Source: an uncultured Clostridia bacterium
GTDB taxonomy: Bacteria; Bacillota; Clostridia; Christensenellales; UBA1242
Assembly: GCA_944377485.1 (NCBI GenBank)
Contig: CALWFB010000001.1
Location: 94,095-158,094 of the forward strand
Direction: 5' to 3'
Length of the DNA stretch: 64,000 nt
The translations under genes and the position numbers were made by a program. Below the pieces are notes generated by a model that saw only the letters and a list, made by a program, of their open reading frames with translations, was not told the origin of the DNA and did no database searches. Positions 10,029-19,416 of the stretch are shown in pieces. Position 1 is the stretch's first letter. Every line of letters begins with the position of its first letter.

Positions 10029-10895
10029 ATGAAATATTTAGTATCAAAGTTTCCATGCACTCTCATTGGTAAAAGTTCAGTTCATCTTGATGAAAATGTA
10101 AAATATGAGTTAAAAAATATTGATGATAATATTTGCATGTTATTTGGAGATAATGGAGAACTTCCTAGTTGTATCAATTTCAAAACGTTTGAACGTTTTT
10201 GTTCTTATCATAATATTTTACAATTTGATTTTAAGTCAGATAATTATATAATTTTATATCCGCAAAAAGTTTTGCCTACGACAGTAAATGTTTTAAAGAT
10301 TCAGAACAAAGAACTTATCATTTCGTTATCAAATGAACTTTCAATTTCTATTGATGGTGAAAATATTTTAAAAGAATCAGTTAGTGAATTGATGTATTCT
10401 CATTATGAGATGAGGGCAGAATATTGTGTAATTTATTTTATTGGCAAGAGAAACTTTGTTGTAATTATAAAAGAAAAGGAATTGTGCTGTGCAGATTACT
10501 ACGATGAAATTAACATTACAGAAAGCGAAATATACTTTATGACTAGATTATATGATAGCCTTAATCACGGACGTGTCTATTCGATTAAAGATAAAAAGTT
10601 TGATTCATATCTTATTTATCTTGATGAATATGATATGAACTTAAAATCGGATTTTTCAATGAGCGTATTTTTAGATGCGTTGATTGCAAAAAATTATAAT
10701 TATTGCAATGCAATGCTTGATGATGATATTCACCAGTCGGAAGCAAATGCTATTTTAGATTTTTTCCCAAAATTTGATGATTACTATCCATTAGACAGTA
10801 CTAATGTAGCATTAATTGAAAAAAATACCCTTGCGGGCATTTTTGAATTTCATATAAAAGATAATAAAATAGAAAATATAATAGCAATTTCTTGA
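10029..10895 (+). CDS. Hypothetical protein (288 aa), no recognisable motif
   Basis: Long ORF in AT-rich DNA. Start trimmed to the first ATG (MKYLVSKF) instead of the ORF-track start at 10005. Confidence 0.6.
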   Translation: MKYLVSKFPCTLIGKSSVHLDENVKYELKNIDDNICMLFGDNGELPSCINFKTFERFCSYHNILQFDFKSDNYIILYPQKVLPTTVNVLKIQNKELIISLSNELSISIDGENILKESVSELMYSHYEMRAEYCVIYFIGKRNFVVIIKEKELCCADYYDEINITESEIYFMTRLYDSLNHGRVYSIKDKKFDSYLIYLDEYDMNLKSDFSMSVFLDALIAKNYNYCNAMLDDDIHQSEANAILDFFPKFDDYYPLDSTNVALIEKNTLAGIFEFHIKDNKIENIIAIS

Positions 10896-10919
10896 ATGTA
10901 TTAAATAATACAACTTTTA

Positions 10920-13328
10920 TCAATCTTTTGAAATACTATTTGATAAATCAAATAATTTATTTAAAACCACATATAATGGATATGCTGTTTGACAAACCAC
11001 TATCAAGAATAACCAATCTGTGTAAGATATTGATACATATCTAAACAATTCAGGTAGATAAGCAACACATGCAATACAGATTCCTAAACATGCTATATAC
11101 ATAATTGATTTGAACCAATTAAATGGTCTACACATCTTGAATAATGCAATGAATCCAACTGTAATGATGGCAAGAGATGCCATTGTCACTAACACTTCCG
11201 TTCGTATGTCGGTAAACATTTGATATATATACATAGCTATTGTGGCTGCAAACATACATATACCTGCCGGCAGTGCGTTTTTCAATAGATTAGACATGAA
11301 CTTACCCTTGATTCTATTGATATTCGGTTGTAATGCTAAGAAGAATGAAGGCAAACCAATAACAAATATTTCAAGCAAAATGAATTGTATTGGAGAGAAC
11401 GGATAAGTTTTATTCATACATAATACAAATATAGCTATGGAAATAGCAAAGATAGTTTTCATTAAAAATAGTGAAGAAGATTTTTGAATATTGTTTACAA
11501 CTCGTCTTCCCTCTGCAACCACACTAGGCATAGAACTAAAATTACTATCAAGTAGAACTAACTGACTGACACTCCTTGCTGCGTCACTTCCAGCAGCAAT
11601 TGCTATTGAACAGTCTGCTTCTTTCAAGGCTAATATGTCATTTACACCATCACCAGTCATGGCAACTGTTTTACCTTGTGATTTTAGAGTTTTTACTAGA
11701 ATTGCTTTTTGTTCAGGGCTGACTCTTCCGAAAATAGAATATTTTGTTGCGGCTTCCATAACTTCTGTATTGCTTAGTCCTTGCAAGCTGATATATTTGT
11801 CATAATTGTCGACTCCAACTCGTCTTGCCACTTCACTGACAGTAATAGGGTTGTCGCCAGAAATTATTTTTATATCGACATCATTTTGTTTAAACCATTC
11901 TATTGTTTTTGGAGCATCTTTTCGGATATTGTCTTGCAAGAGTATCATTGCAATAGGCTTTGAGTTGGAATTGGTAAAGTTTTTGTCACATTCAGTTAGT
12001 AATAAAACCCTGTACCCATTCATTGCATGTTCTTCTGCCTTGTTTTTTATTTCTTGGCTAGGTTTGTCTAGAACGTATTCGTATGCACCAAGTTTATATG
12101 CAGACATATTCTTAAATTTGCAACCCATAAACTTTCGTTCAGATGAGAAAGGAATGGATTTTTCAGCAGAATAACACGGCTTTCCAAAATAGGCTTTCAG
12201 AGCAAGGGCAGTGTGGTTTGCATCATGGAATGCTGCAACCATTGATGAGACTATGTTTGAAACATCTTTTCCCGTCTTGTTGGAGAGCAATTCTACGCTC
12301 TTTACACTCATTGAACCATTGGTCAATGTTCCAGTTTTGTCTAGGCATAGAACATTTGTACGGGCAAGCATTTCGATACAATATAATTCCTGCACAAGTG
12401 TATGTTGTTTTGACAGTCTGATTACACTCACGGCGAGTGCGACACTGGTAAGCAAGAACATCCCTGCTGGAATCATCGCTATGATACAACCACTTGTTTT
12501 GGTAATCACCATGTATGATAAGGAATATTCAAGTGCTGGATTTTCTGAATAATAAGAATAGTTGTTATATAACATCATGATGGCTATTGGCACCATAAAA
12601 ATTGTAATGATTTTTATTAAAGTGCGTAGCGATGTCAATAATTCGCTTTTAGCTTGTTTGAAAGTTTTGGCTTTTTCACTTAATTGAGAGATATAATTTT
12701 CATCTCCAATTTTATTGACTTTTGCTTTGCAGTTTCCGCTGGATATAAAGCTGCCACCCAGTAAATTATCTCCCTTTTGTTTTTTTACTGGTTGACTTTC
12801 TCCCGTTAACAAACTTTCGTTGACTTCCACTTGACCATCAATAACGATACTATCACAAGCTATTTGCATACCGGGATTTAAACACAAAACATCGTCTAAT
12901 ACAACTTCTGTTTTATATATTTCTTCTTCTTCGCCATCACGAACAACTTTTGTGAAATTAGAATTCGTTAAAGATAATTTATCCATAATCTTTTTGGCTT
13001 TAATTTCTTGAATAATACCTATTGTGGTGTTGAGTATTACAATCACCATGAACATCATATCTGTATAGGCGCCAACAGCAATCAATGCACAGGCTACAAT
13101 CAAACACGTCATATTGAAAAAGGTGAATATATTTTTTGCAAATATACTCCACAAACTTTTGCTAGTCTTCAATTTTGAGACGTTGACTAAATTTTCTTCA
13201 TTACGCTTTTTGACTTGTTCTGTTGATAGTCCAGATTCTGGTTTTGGCTTGAAACGAACAATAGATGAATTATCTATATTTGATTTCTTTTTTTTATTTA
13301 TATTTTTCTTTTTTTCTTTCATATTCAT
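10920..13328 (-). CDS. Cation-transporting P-type ATPase (HAD superfamily, type II-like)
   Basis: Actuator motif LLTGESQPV, phosphorylation motif CLDKTGTLTNG, hinge motif MTGDGVNDILALKEADCSIA, multiple TM helices on both sides of the cytoplasmic domains. The start is ambiguous (ATG at 13328 or 13322; ORF-track start at 13367). Confidence 0.9.
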   Translation of the reverse strand: MNMKEKKKNINKKKKSNIDNSSIVRFKPKPESGLSTEQVKKRNEENLVNVSKLKTSKSLWSIFAKNIFTFFNMTCLIVACALIAVGAYTDMMFMVIVILNTTIGIIQEIKAKKIMDKLSLTNSNFTKVVRDGEEEEIYKTEVVLDDVLCLNPGMQIACDSIVIDGQVEVNESLLTGESQPVKKQKGDNLLGGSFISSGNCKAKVNKIGDENYISQLSEKAKTFKQAKSELLTSLRTLIKIITIFMVPIAIMMLYNNYSYYSENPALEYSLSYMVITKTSGCIIAMIPAGMFLLTSVALAVSVIRLSKQHTLVQELYCIEMLARTNVLCLDKTGTLTNGSMSVKSVELLSNKTGKDVSNIVSSMVAAFHDANHTALALKAYFGKPCYSAEKSIPFSSERKFMGCKFKNMSAYKLGAYEYVLDKPSQEIKNKAEEHAMNGYRVLLLTECDKNFTNSNSKPIAMILLQDNIRKDAPKTIEWFKQNDVDIKIISGDNPITVSEVARRVGVDNYDKYISLQGLSNTEVMEAATKYSIFGRVSPEQKAILVKTLKSQGKTVAMTGDGVNDILALKEADCSIAIAAGSDAARSVSQLVLLDSNFSSMPSVVAEGRRVVNNIQKSSSLFLMKTIFAISIAIFVLCMNKTYPFSPIQFILLEIFVIGLPSFFLALQPNINRIKGKFMSNLLKNALPAGICMFAATIAMYIYQMFTDIRTEVLVTMASLAIITVGFIALFKMCRPFNWFKSIMYIACLGICIACVAYLPELFRYVSISYTDWLFLIVVCQTAYPLYVVLNKLFDLSNSISKD

Positions 13329-13428
13329 TCTAATTATTATATTAACATAAATAGTTAATTTTAACAAATATATAAACGAATATTTTCACATATTAAAAAA
13401 AATTTTCATAAAGATTAACGGAGGCAGT

Positions 13429-13944
13429 ATGGATTTAGATAGTATTAAAGTTAGAGTAGATAAACCCTATCCCAAAATAGTAGGTGCAACGAATGAGCCT
13501 ATGACAGTTAGTATTTTAAAGAATTTAGCGTCTGCAAGAACAAGTGAGTTAAGTGCTGTATTGCAATACATATATCAATCAGTAGTTGCTGACAAAACTA
13601 TGTCTGATATAGCGGACATATTAGAAGAAATAGGTATAGTTGAAATGACACATTTAGATATGTTGATGCATGCGATTACGGATTTTGGCGGAATACCTAA
13701 ATATGAAGACAGTAATGGATATCAGTTCAATACGAATTATATTAACTATAATACAAAATTAAAGGATATGCTAAATAACAATATCGTTGCAGAGCAAAAG
13801 GCAATTGACCAATATAGAGAGGGAATAAGGCGAGTAAGAAATGAAAGTTTAAAAAGTTTATTTGCTCGGATTATTGAAGATGAAGAACAGCATATTAAAG
13901 TTTTTAAATATCTATTAGATAGTGTGGAATTTCTTTCAATATAA
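13429..13944 (+). CDS. Ferritin-like di-metal protein (Mn-catalase / CotJC-type family)
   Basis: Two E-x-x-H metal motifs (IVEMTHLDML; EDEEQHIKVF) and ELSAVLQYIYQ, resembling the CotJC/Mn-catalase helix 1. GGAGG RBS 7 nt upstream. Confidence 0.6.
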   Translation: MDLDSIKVRVDKPYPKIVGATNEPMTVSILKNLASARTSELSAVLQYIYQSVVADKTMSDIADILEEIGIVEMTHLDMLMHAITDFGGIPKYEDSNGYQFNTNYINYNTKLKDMLNNNIVAEQKAIDQYREGIRRVRNESLKSLFARIIEDEEQHIKVFKYLLDSVEFLSI

Positions 13945-14072
13945 TAAATAGTTTATTTTTAATTAAATTAATTATTAAAAAAATAATAAAAAAAGAAAAA
14001 ATTTTTAAAAAAAAACTAGTAAAATTGATAATTTTTTACTAATTTTTTTAATTTTTTAATATTTTTTTGTAA

Positions 14073-14813
14073 TTATTTACAAAATAGCATTAATTCACGT
14101 AATTTTCCATATTTATTAATTTCTTTTAAATTTTTTTTATTTACTACGGCATGTGCTTTTATTAATAATTCATTATTAAAATTAAATATATCCTTTGTGC
14201 AAATTCTTCCAAGTAAGAAATCCGAATTTTGTACACTTGGTTTTTTGTTTTCTTCAACGGGGACAGCATTGATTGGTTTTTCTTCTTTTTTCTCCTCAAC
14301 TGGCATGATATTTGCTATTTGAATTTTTTCTGATTTAAATATTTTAGGACTTTTGTTTGGTACAAATTTGCTGACATTTATTTTATCGGTTTCATCATAG
14401 AATATTACTGTATTTTTACCAAATGATGCCAATGCTTTTACATTCAAGGTTTGATTGTTATCAAGTGAAAATTTTTCTGTTAAAAATTTGTCATTTAAAC
14501 TTAATTCACGTATTATACCTAAATATTCACCTTTTATTGTATAGGCTTTTGAACCGATTGGACAAAGATAGTATTCGCTATCTTCCACCTTTAAACTGAC
14601 TGCTTGATTGTTTCTAACAGTTATAGCATTTTTCCCTATATGATATATATTTTTTGTTGGCAAAATAAGTCTTGTGTCGTTTTCGCCAATTAGTTCCAGT
14701 TGAATAAGCTTTTTCATCTTTTTATCAAAATAAAGTTTGTCCACAACTCCAATCAATTCGCCCTCATAAAGAGATAGTACATTAAGTGATAAAAATTCAT
14801 TACAATAATACAT
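14073..14813 (-). CDS. PRC-barrel domain protein (YlmC/YmxH-like, tandem barrels)
   Basis: LSLYEGELIGVVDKLYFDKKMKKLIQLEL and a second AYTIKGEYLGIIRELSLND segment match the PRC-barrel pattern (G-x-x-[IL]-G-x-[IV]-x-[DE]). Confidence 0.55.
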   Translation of the reverse strand: MYYCNEFLSLNVLSLYEGELIGVVDKLYFDKKMKKLIQLELIGENDTRLILPTKNIYHIGKNAITVRNNQAVSLKVEDSEYYLCPIGSKAYTIKGEYLGIIRELSLNDKFLTEKFSLDNNQTLNVKALASFGKNTVIFYDETDKINVSKFVPNKSPKIFKSEKIQIANIMPVEEKKEEKPINAVPVEENKKPSVQNSDFLLGRICTKDIFNFNNELLIKAHAVVNKKNLKEINKYGKLRELMLFCK

Positions 14814-14899
14814 ATTTTACCTCTAAATAATAATATGTTTTTATTTTTCAGTTATGATTATATTAAAATAATATAAATATTATTTTTTGTCTAAATTAT

Positions 14900-14928
14900 T
14901 TGATTTATAGCGAATATTTGGGTATAAT
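14900..14928 (+). promoter_or_regulatory. Sigma-A-type promoter for the 1,477-aa lipoprotein gene
   Basis: TTGATT (14900-14905), 17 nt, TATAAT (14923-14928). RBS AGGGGT before the ATG at 14949. Confidence 0.5.
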
Positions 14929-14948
14929 AAATAAAAAATAGGGGTAGT

Positions 14949-17900
14949 ATGAAAAAAATAAAATTATTGATGATTTTAATGCTTTTAATAGTGCCTATAT
15001 CTTTTGTTGCGTGCAGCAATGAAAATAGAGATACTATGCAAATGCCGACAAATTTGACCGTCGAAACAGGTGGTTTAATCACTTTTGAACGTGTTGAAAA
15101 TGAAGGATATTATACTATATTGATTGATGAGACAGAGTTTAATGTTTTTACCAACAATTCCAATGTTCAATTATTTAGTGAAAATGGTAAAAATTATTTG
15201 CAATACGATGCCTCAAAGATTTTTATTTTGGGAGAGAGTTATACAGTCCGTGTAAAAGCAAGAGCTGATGGGAAACGTGACAGTTCTTATACAAGTGTAG
15301 TGTCTTATACTCATACTATTCCGATGGCAAAACCTACAAATATTCAAATAAACGGAACGGTTTTAACTTGGGACGTTGTGGAAAATGCAAGTTTGTATTT
15401 TGTCAGAGTATTGACCCCTACTGATAACGTCAGTGCTGATGATAGTGAGACGATAGCAAATGCTGAATTGACCACATATCAATTTAGTACTAATAGATTT
15501 GATTTTTCATCAATTTTAAATAGTGCAGGCACTTACAAATTTTATATTAATGCGCTAAGTAATGATAGTAATTATACCGAAAGTGGATATACCAGCAAAG
15601 TGACATATAGAAATGAAATACAACTGGCTACTCCAACGAATTCACAAATATATATAGTCAATGAATTGGATACAAATCAAGGTATATATGTAGATAATTT
15701 CCATTTGATTGCAGTTATAGATACTAATGCTAACGGAATTACTATACAAGCGGGAGAATATAAAAAATCAGTTGAACTAAATGGCACAGAAAGCAGTGTG
15801 AAACAGACTGAAAATTTACTTGATATAAATCTAAATCAATTTTTTAAAGATGTATATGTTGATGGGAAATTAATTGATTTTAGTGAAATAAAACAATATT
15901 CATTCCAAATACAGGCAAATTATTTGACCATGAATGAACAGGATAAATATTATCTAGATTCAAATTTCAGTGAAGATATTTTAATAGAAAATTACAAAAA
16001 ACTAGATGCTCCAAAAATTGAATTGAAATATGATGAACTCTCAAATTGTTATGTTGCAAATTGGAGTGTAGATAATGTTGAATTTATAAGCGGATACAAA
16101 GTTTATATAGCGACTGACACGGGAGTGAATATTTACGAATTAAGCAAAAACAATACATCAATAATGTTGCCAACAAGTTTTATTTCTGTAAGTGTACAAG
16201 CAATAGGACAGGGGAATTATTTAGATTCTAATCTTAGCGAACAAAAATCTAATTTTTCAGAACAAATTACTGACAATATAAGTGCAGAAATAAATGCAAA
16301 TACACTAATATGGGACGGAGTTGATGATGCCTATTATATTCTTGAAATAGATAATCAAATCATAGTGCAGGAAGAAAATACTTTTAATCTATTATCCGTG
16401 GATATAGTAGATGAGATTATTTTGACAATTGTCAAATCTAATTTTGCTCCAAAAACAATAAATGTAGAATTAACTTACTCAAAACAACTGGCAACTCCAA
16501 CTATTGCATCAAATCAGGGATTTCAAGAAAATAATCCATACGTTTTGACTTTTACAGGTGTAGACAATGCAATAGGATATTATGTATATTTAACAGGAAT
16601 AAACAATTCTGAACCTGCAAGGATTCAAGAGATATTTACTTCAACTACGATTGATTTATCTAAATATATTATTAAACAAGGAATGTATCGAGATTATTCT
16701 GTTCAAATTCAAGCTGTTGCATCTCCATATAGTGGATATACGGATAGTGAATTGACAGAATTTGGCACTTTGACAGTATCACATACTCGAATATTAGATG
16801 TACCTATGTTTTTAAGAGATGATTCAGGTACAATCACTCCAGTAGTTAGAAGAAATGTCAATGGTATAACAAATTATTTCTTATGTTTTTATGGTGTGGA
16901 ATATGCGTACAGATACGAAGTGATGGTCAATTTCAATACGATTAATGTAGTAAGCAATGGAACAACTGATTTGTATGAAATTAACATTACCAATTATTTA
17001 ACAAGTGCTAACAGTTATACAATTATGGTTAGAGCTCTTCCAAATCCACTTAGCGAAGAAAATATCAAAGCAAGTAATTATAATTCATACGATTATGTTC
17101 TGACAATGCAGTTAGACGAAGTGACAAATATTCGTATAACAGAGAATGATGGGAGATATACCTTATCGTTTGACATACAAGAGAATGCAGATTCATATAG
17201 AGTTAGAATAGTAAAACTAAATGATGGAAACTATACGAATTATCTATATGATTTAGGTTTGGCAAATCCGTTTGAAGTGGTTCAATCTACGGATATTACA
17301 GATTATGTTGTACAAGCGGGTGAGTACTACGTATATGTGACAGCACTGGCAGGAAAAGATAGTTTCTATGGAGATTCTAATGAATCACAAAATTATGGCG
17401 TGTTGAACAAATTGAGCACTCTTAACACTCCTAGTGAAATACAATTCTCTAATCAATCGGCTGATAGTTATCTAATAAGATGGGTTGGAGATGAAAATGC
17501 CGATTATTATACAATTAAAGTGACAGATACTAATGGAATATCAAGAGAATACAAGGCTTATAACACTACACAATATAATATCAATCCAAGTATAACGTTG
17601 GAAGGTAATTATGCTGTTTCTATTAAAGCAGTGGTAGATAGCACAAGTGAAAATGCAATTGAATATACATCTAGTCCATTTAGTGAAGAAGTATATTTGT
17701 ACTATACATATACTCAACCACATGATTTTGAAAGATATAGTGTATATATGTATGGAGAATATTATGACTTTTCTGTTAGTACAGTTCAAGAATTAATGAA
17801 TTTGTTATGGTATCACTATCTATTTGGAATTAATCCAGATTTAGATTTGGGAATCTATTTAAATGTTAACGAAGGCGAGAGTGTACGCAATGCAATAATC

Positions 17901-19382
17901 CGATTGGCAGATGAAGCAAATTCAATTTACAACTTTAATAACGATGGTGAATGGTTAAATTTAATTTCTAGCGGAACAGATAGTGCACTATTTGGTTATA
18001 TGACTCGTGCATTATTATCATTATATCCAGAGATGGCAGTGTTGAATAATTTTGAAATAACGCATGAAGATAACAGTCAAATATTCAGATTATACTATGA
18101 AAATGCTCTGGAGGTTGAGAAGGTAGATACAGAATCGACCTTCATTCAAATTCCAACAGATTATGGTAATGATTATGAATATTTAGATATCTATTCAAGA
18201 AGAAGTGATAATTCATTATTCGCAATAGATAGTCTTCCAGAAATGGATGTTAGTACAACAGAGCAATTATTAATGGCAGTTCAGTATGGAAGAAAACCTA
18301 ATTTTGTAGGAGATAGTGAAACGGCGCAACTCGTTTATGAGAATGCCAAAGATGTGTTGAGGACGATTATCAACAATAACATGTCAGACTTGGAAAAAGT
18401 GACAGAAATCTTTGATTGGCTAGAATATGCTTACAACCTAAATTATTATTCAAATAGAGTGTTGTCCGACAATGTTTTGGTTGAAGGTACTTTGGCGGAA
18501 TATGGCAATAGAAAAGAATATTATCTAGAAGGGATTTTCTTGGACATTCATAATACTGAGATTGGTGGCTATGATGGAGAATTCTATTTAGGAAACAAGA
18601 ATGCAACTAGTGAATCGTTTGCAAAAGCATTTACATTACTTTGCGGTATTGAAGGTATTGAAACTAGAAAGGTAAATGGAACGTTTACTTATATGTTAGA
18701 AGGTCAATACGTGACAACTCCACATGCATGGAACAAAGTATACATTGACACCAGTTCTGATGGGGACAATCCAACATGGTATTCATTGGATATTACATAT
18801 TCAGACAATAGATTTGTTCCTTATAATTATAGAGAATGTTATAATTATAGTTCACATTTATATTTCTTAGTGACTGATACATTCTTAAATCTTAATCTAA
18901 ATCTAACACAAGATTCGCATATTAATTATCCTAGTGCAAATAGCTATTATGACTATTACGCAAATACCAGTTTTGCAATGACAGTAGAGGATATTAATAA
19001 TACCATTGTCGGAGCAGGAGATAATATTGCAGATTTTGAGTATAGTATGGAATTTGTAGATAATTCAGAAAATAATTATCAATTATATGCTTTGACAGCA
19101 GAATATAGTCAATTACAAGCTTTTGTAATGAATTCAATAATGTATGCAAAGAATTTGATGCTCTATGAAAATACAAGTTCAAGAAGTTCGTTCGAATTTA
19201 GAGTAAGCAATAGTGCAATAGGCGGAGCGACTCTTCCTAGCAATGCAACGATACAATCTATAATGCAGACAATTAACCAATATTATAGCTATCTTGATGA
19301 ACAGACACAAACAAATGTGCATTATGTCCAAGATACAAATACTGGTATGACTACATATGTATTTACTCTTGAAATAAGTTAG
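14949..19382 (+). CDS. Large modular lipoprotein: at least 9 FN3-like modules plus a C-terminal transglutaminase-like domain (nucleophile Cys replaced by Ser)
   Basis: Signal peptide with lipobox (LIVPISFVAC|SNE). Repeated ~85-95 aa modules have the signature [LA]-x-x-P-x-x-[IL]...L-x-W-x-x-V-x-[ND]-A-x-x-Y-x-[VI], e.g. AKPTNIQINGTVLTWDVVENASLYFVRV and LNTPSEIQFSNQSADSYLIRWVGDENADYYTIKV. C-terminal region: EKVTEIFDWLEYAYNLNYY ... NATSESFAKAFTLLCGIEGIETRKVNG ... TPHAWNKVYI ... WYSLDITYSD, i.e. the transglutaminase-core pattern G-x-C-x-x-F-A...GIPAR-x-V-x-G...HAW...D. Confidence 0.85.
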   Translation: MKKIKLLMILMLLIVPISFVACSNENRDTMQMPTNLTVETGGLITFERVENEGYYTILIDETEFNVFTNNSNVQLFSENGKNYLQYDASKIFILGESYTVRVKARADGKRDSSYTSVVSYTHTIPMAKPTNIQINGTVLTWDVVENASLYFVRVLTPTDNVSADDSETIANAELTTYQFSTNRFDFSSILNSAGTYKFYINALSNDSNYTESGYTSKVTYRNEIQLATPTNSQIYIVNELDTNQGIYVDNFHLIAVIDTNANGITIQAGEYKKSVELNGTESSVKQTENLLDINLNQFFKDVYVDGKLIDFSEIKQYSFQIQANYLTMNEQDKYYLDSNFSEDILIENYKKLDAPKIELKYDELSNCYVANWSVDNVEFISGYKVYIATDTGVNIYELSKNNTSIMLPTSFISVSVQAIGQGNYLDSNLSEQKSNFSEQITDNISAEINANTLIWDGVDDAYYILEIDNQIIVQEENTFNLLSVDIVDEIILTIVKSNFAPKTINVELTYSKQLATPTIASNQGFQENNPYVLTFTGVDNAIGYYVYLTGINNSEPARIQEIFTSTTIDLSKYIIKQGMYRDYSVQIQAVASPYSGYTDSELTEFGTLTVSHTRILDVPMFLRDDSGTITPVVRRNVNGITNYFLCFYGVEYAYRYEVMVNFNTINVVSNGTTDLYEINITNYLTSANSYTIMVRALPNPLSEENIKASNYNSYDYVLTMQLDEVTNIRITENDGRYTLSFDIQENADSYRVRIVKLNDGNYTNYLYDLGLANPFEVVQSTDITDYVVQAGEYYVYVTALAGKDSFYGDSNESQNYGVLNKLSTLNTPSEIQFSNQSADSYLIRWVGDENADYYTIKVTDTNGISREYKAYNTTQYNINPSITLEGNYAVSIKAVVDSTSENAIEYTSSPFSEEVYLYYTYTQPHDFERYSVYMYGEYYDFSVSTVQELMNLLWYHYLFGINPDLDLGIYLNVNEGESVRNAIIRLADEANSIYNFNNDGEWLNLISSGTDSALFGYMTRALLSLYPEMAVLNNFEITHEDNSQIFRLYYENALEVEKVDTESTFIQIPTDYGNDYEYLDIYSRRSDNSLFAIDSLPEMDVSTTEQLLMAVQYGRKPNFVGDSETAQLVYENAKDVLRTIINNNMSDLEKVTEIFDWLEYAYNLNYYSNRVLSDNVLVEGTLAEYGNRKEYYLEGIFLDIHNTEIGGYDGEFYLGNKNATSESFAKAFTLLCGIEGIETRKVNGTFTYMLEGQYVTTPHAWNKVYIDTSSDGDNPTWYSLDITYSDNRFVPYNYRECYNYSSHLYFLVTDTFLNLNLNLTQDSHINYPSANSYYDYYANTSFAMTVEDINNTIVGAGDNIADFEYSMEFVDNSENNYQLYALTAEYSQLQAFVMNSIMYAKNLMLYENTSSRSSFEFRVSNSAIGGATLPSNATIQSIMQTINQYYSYLDEQTQTNVHYVQDTNTGMTTYVFTLEIS

Positions 19383-19416
19383 TATAAAAAATCAATGATT
19401 AGTTAAACTAGATTTA

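Noticed and set aside
11781-12552. Cluster of plus-strand ORFs (60-122 aa) and one extra minus-strand ORF inside the P-type ATPase gene
   Set aside because: All lie within or antisense to a gene with unambiguous P-type ATPase motifs. They have no RBS or recognisable motifs. They are typical shadow ORFs.
13945-14072. Very AT-rich spacers (also 32651-32880, 45766-45927, 53560-53800) inspected for ncRNAs, repeats or small ORFs
   Set aside because: Only homopolymer-rich A/T sequence with weak AT-only hairpins. There is nothing with conserved-looking structure or coding potential that I can support without a covariance-model search.
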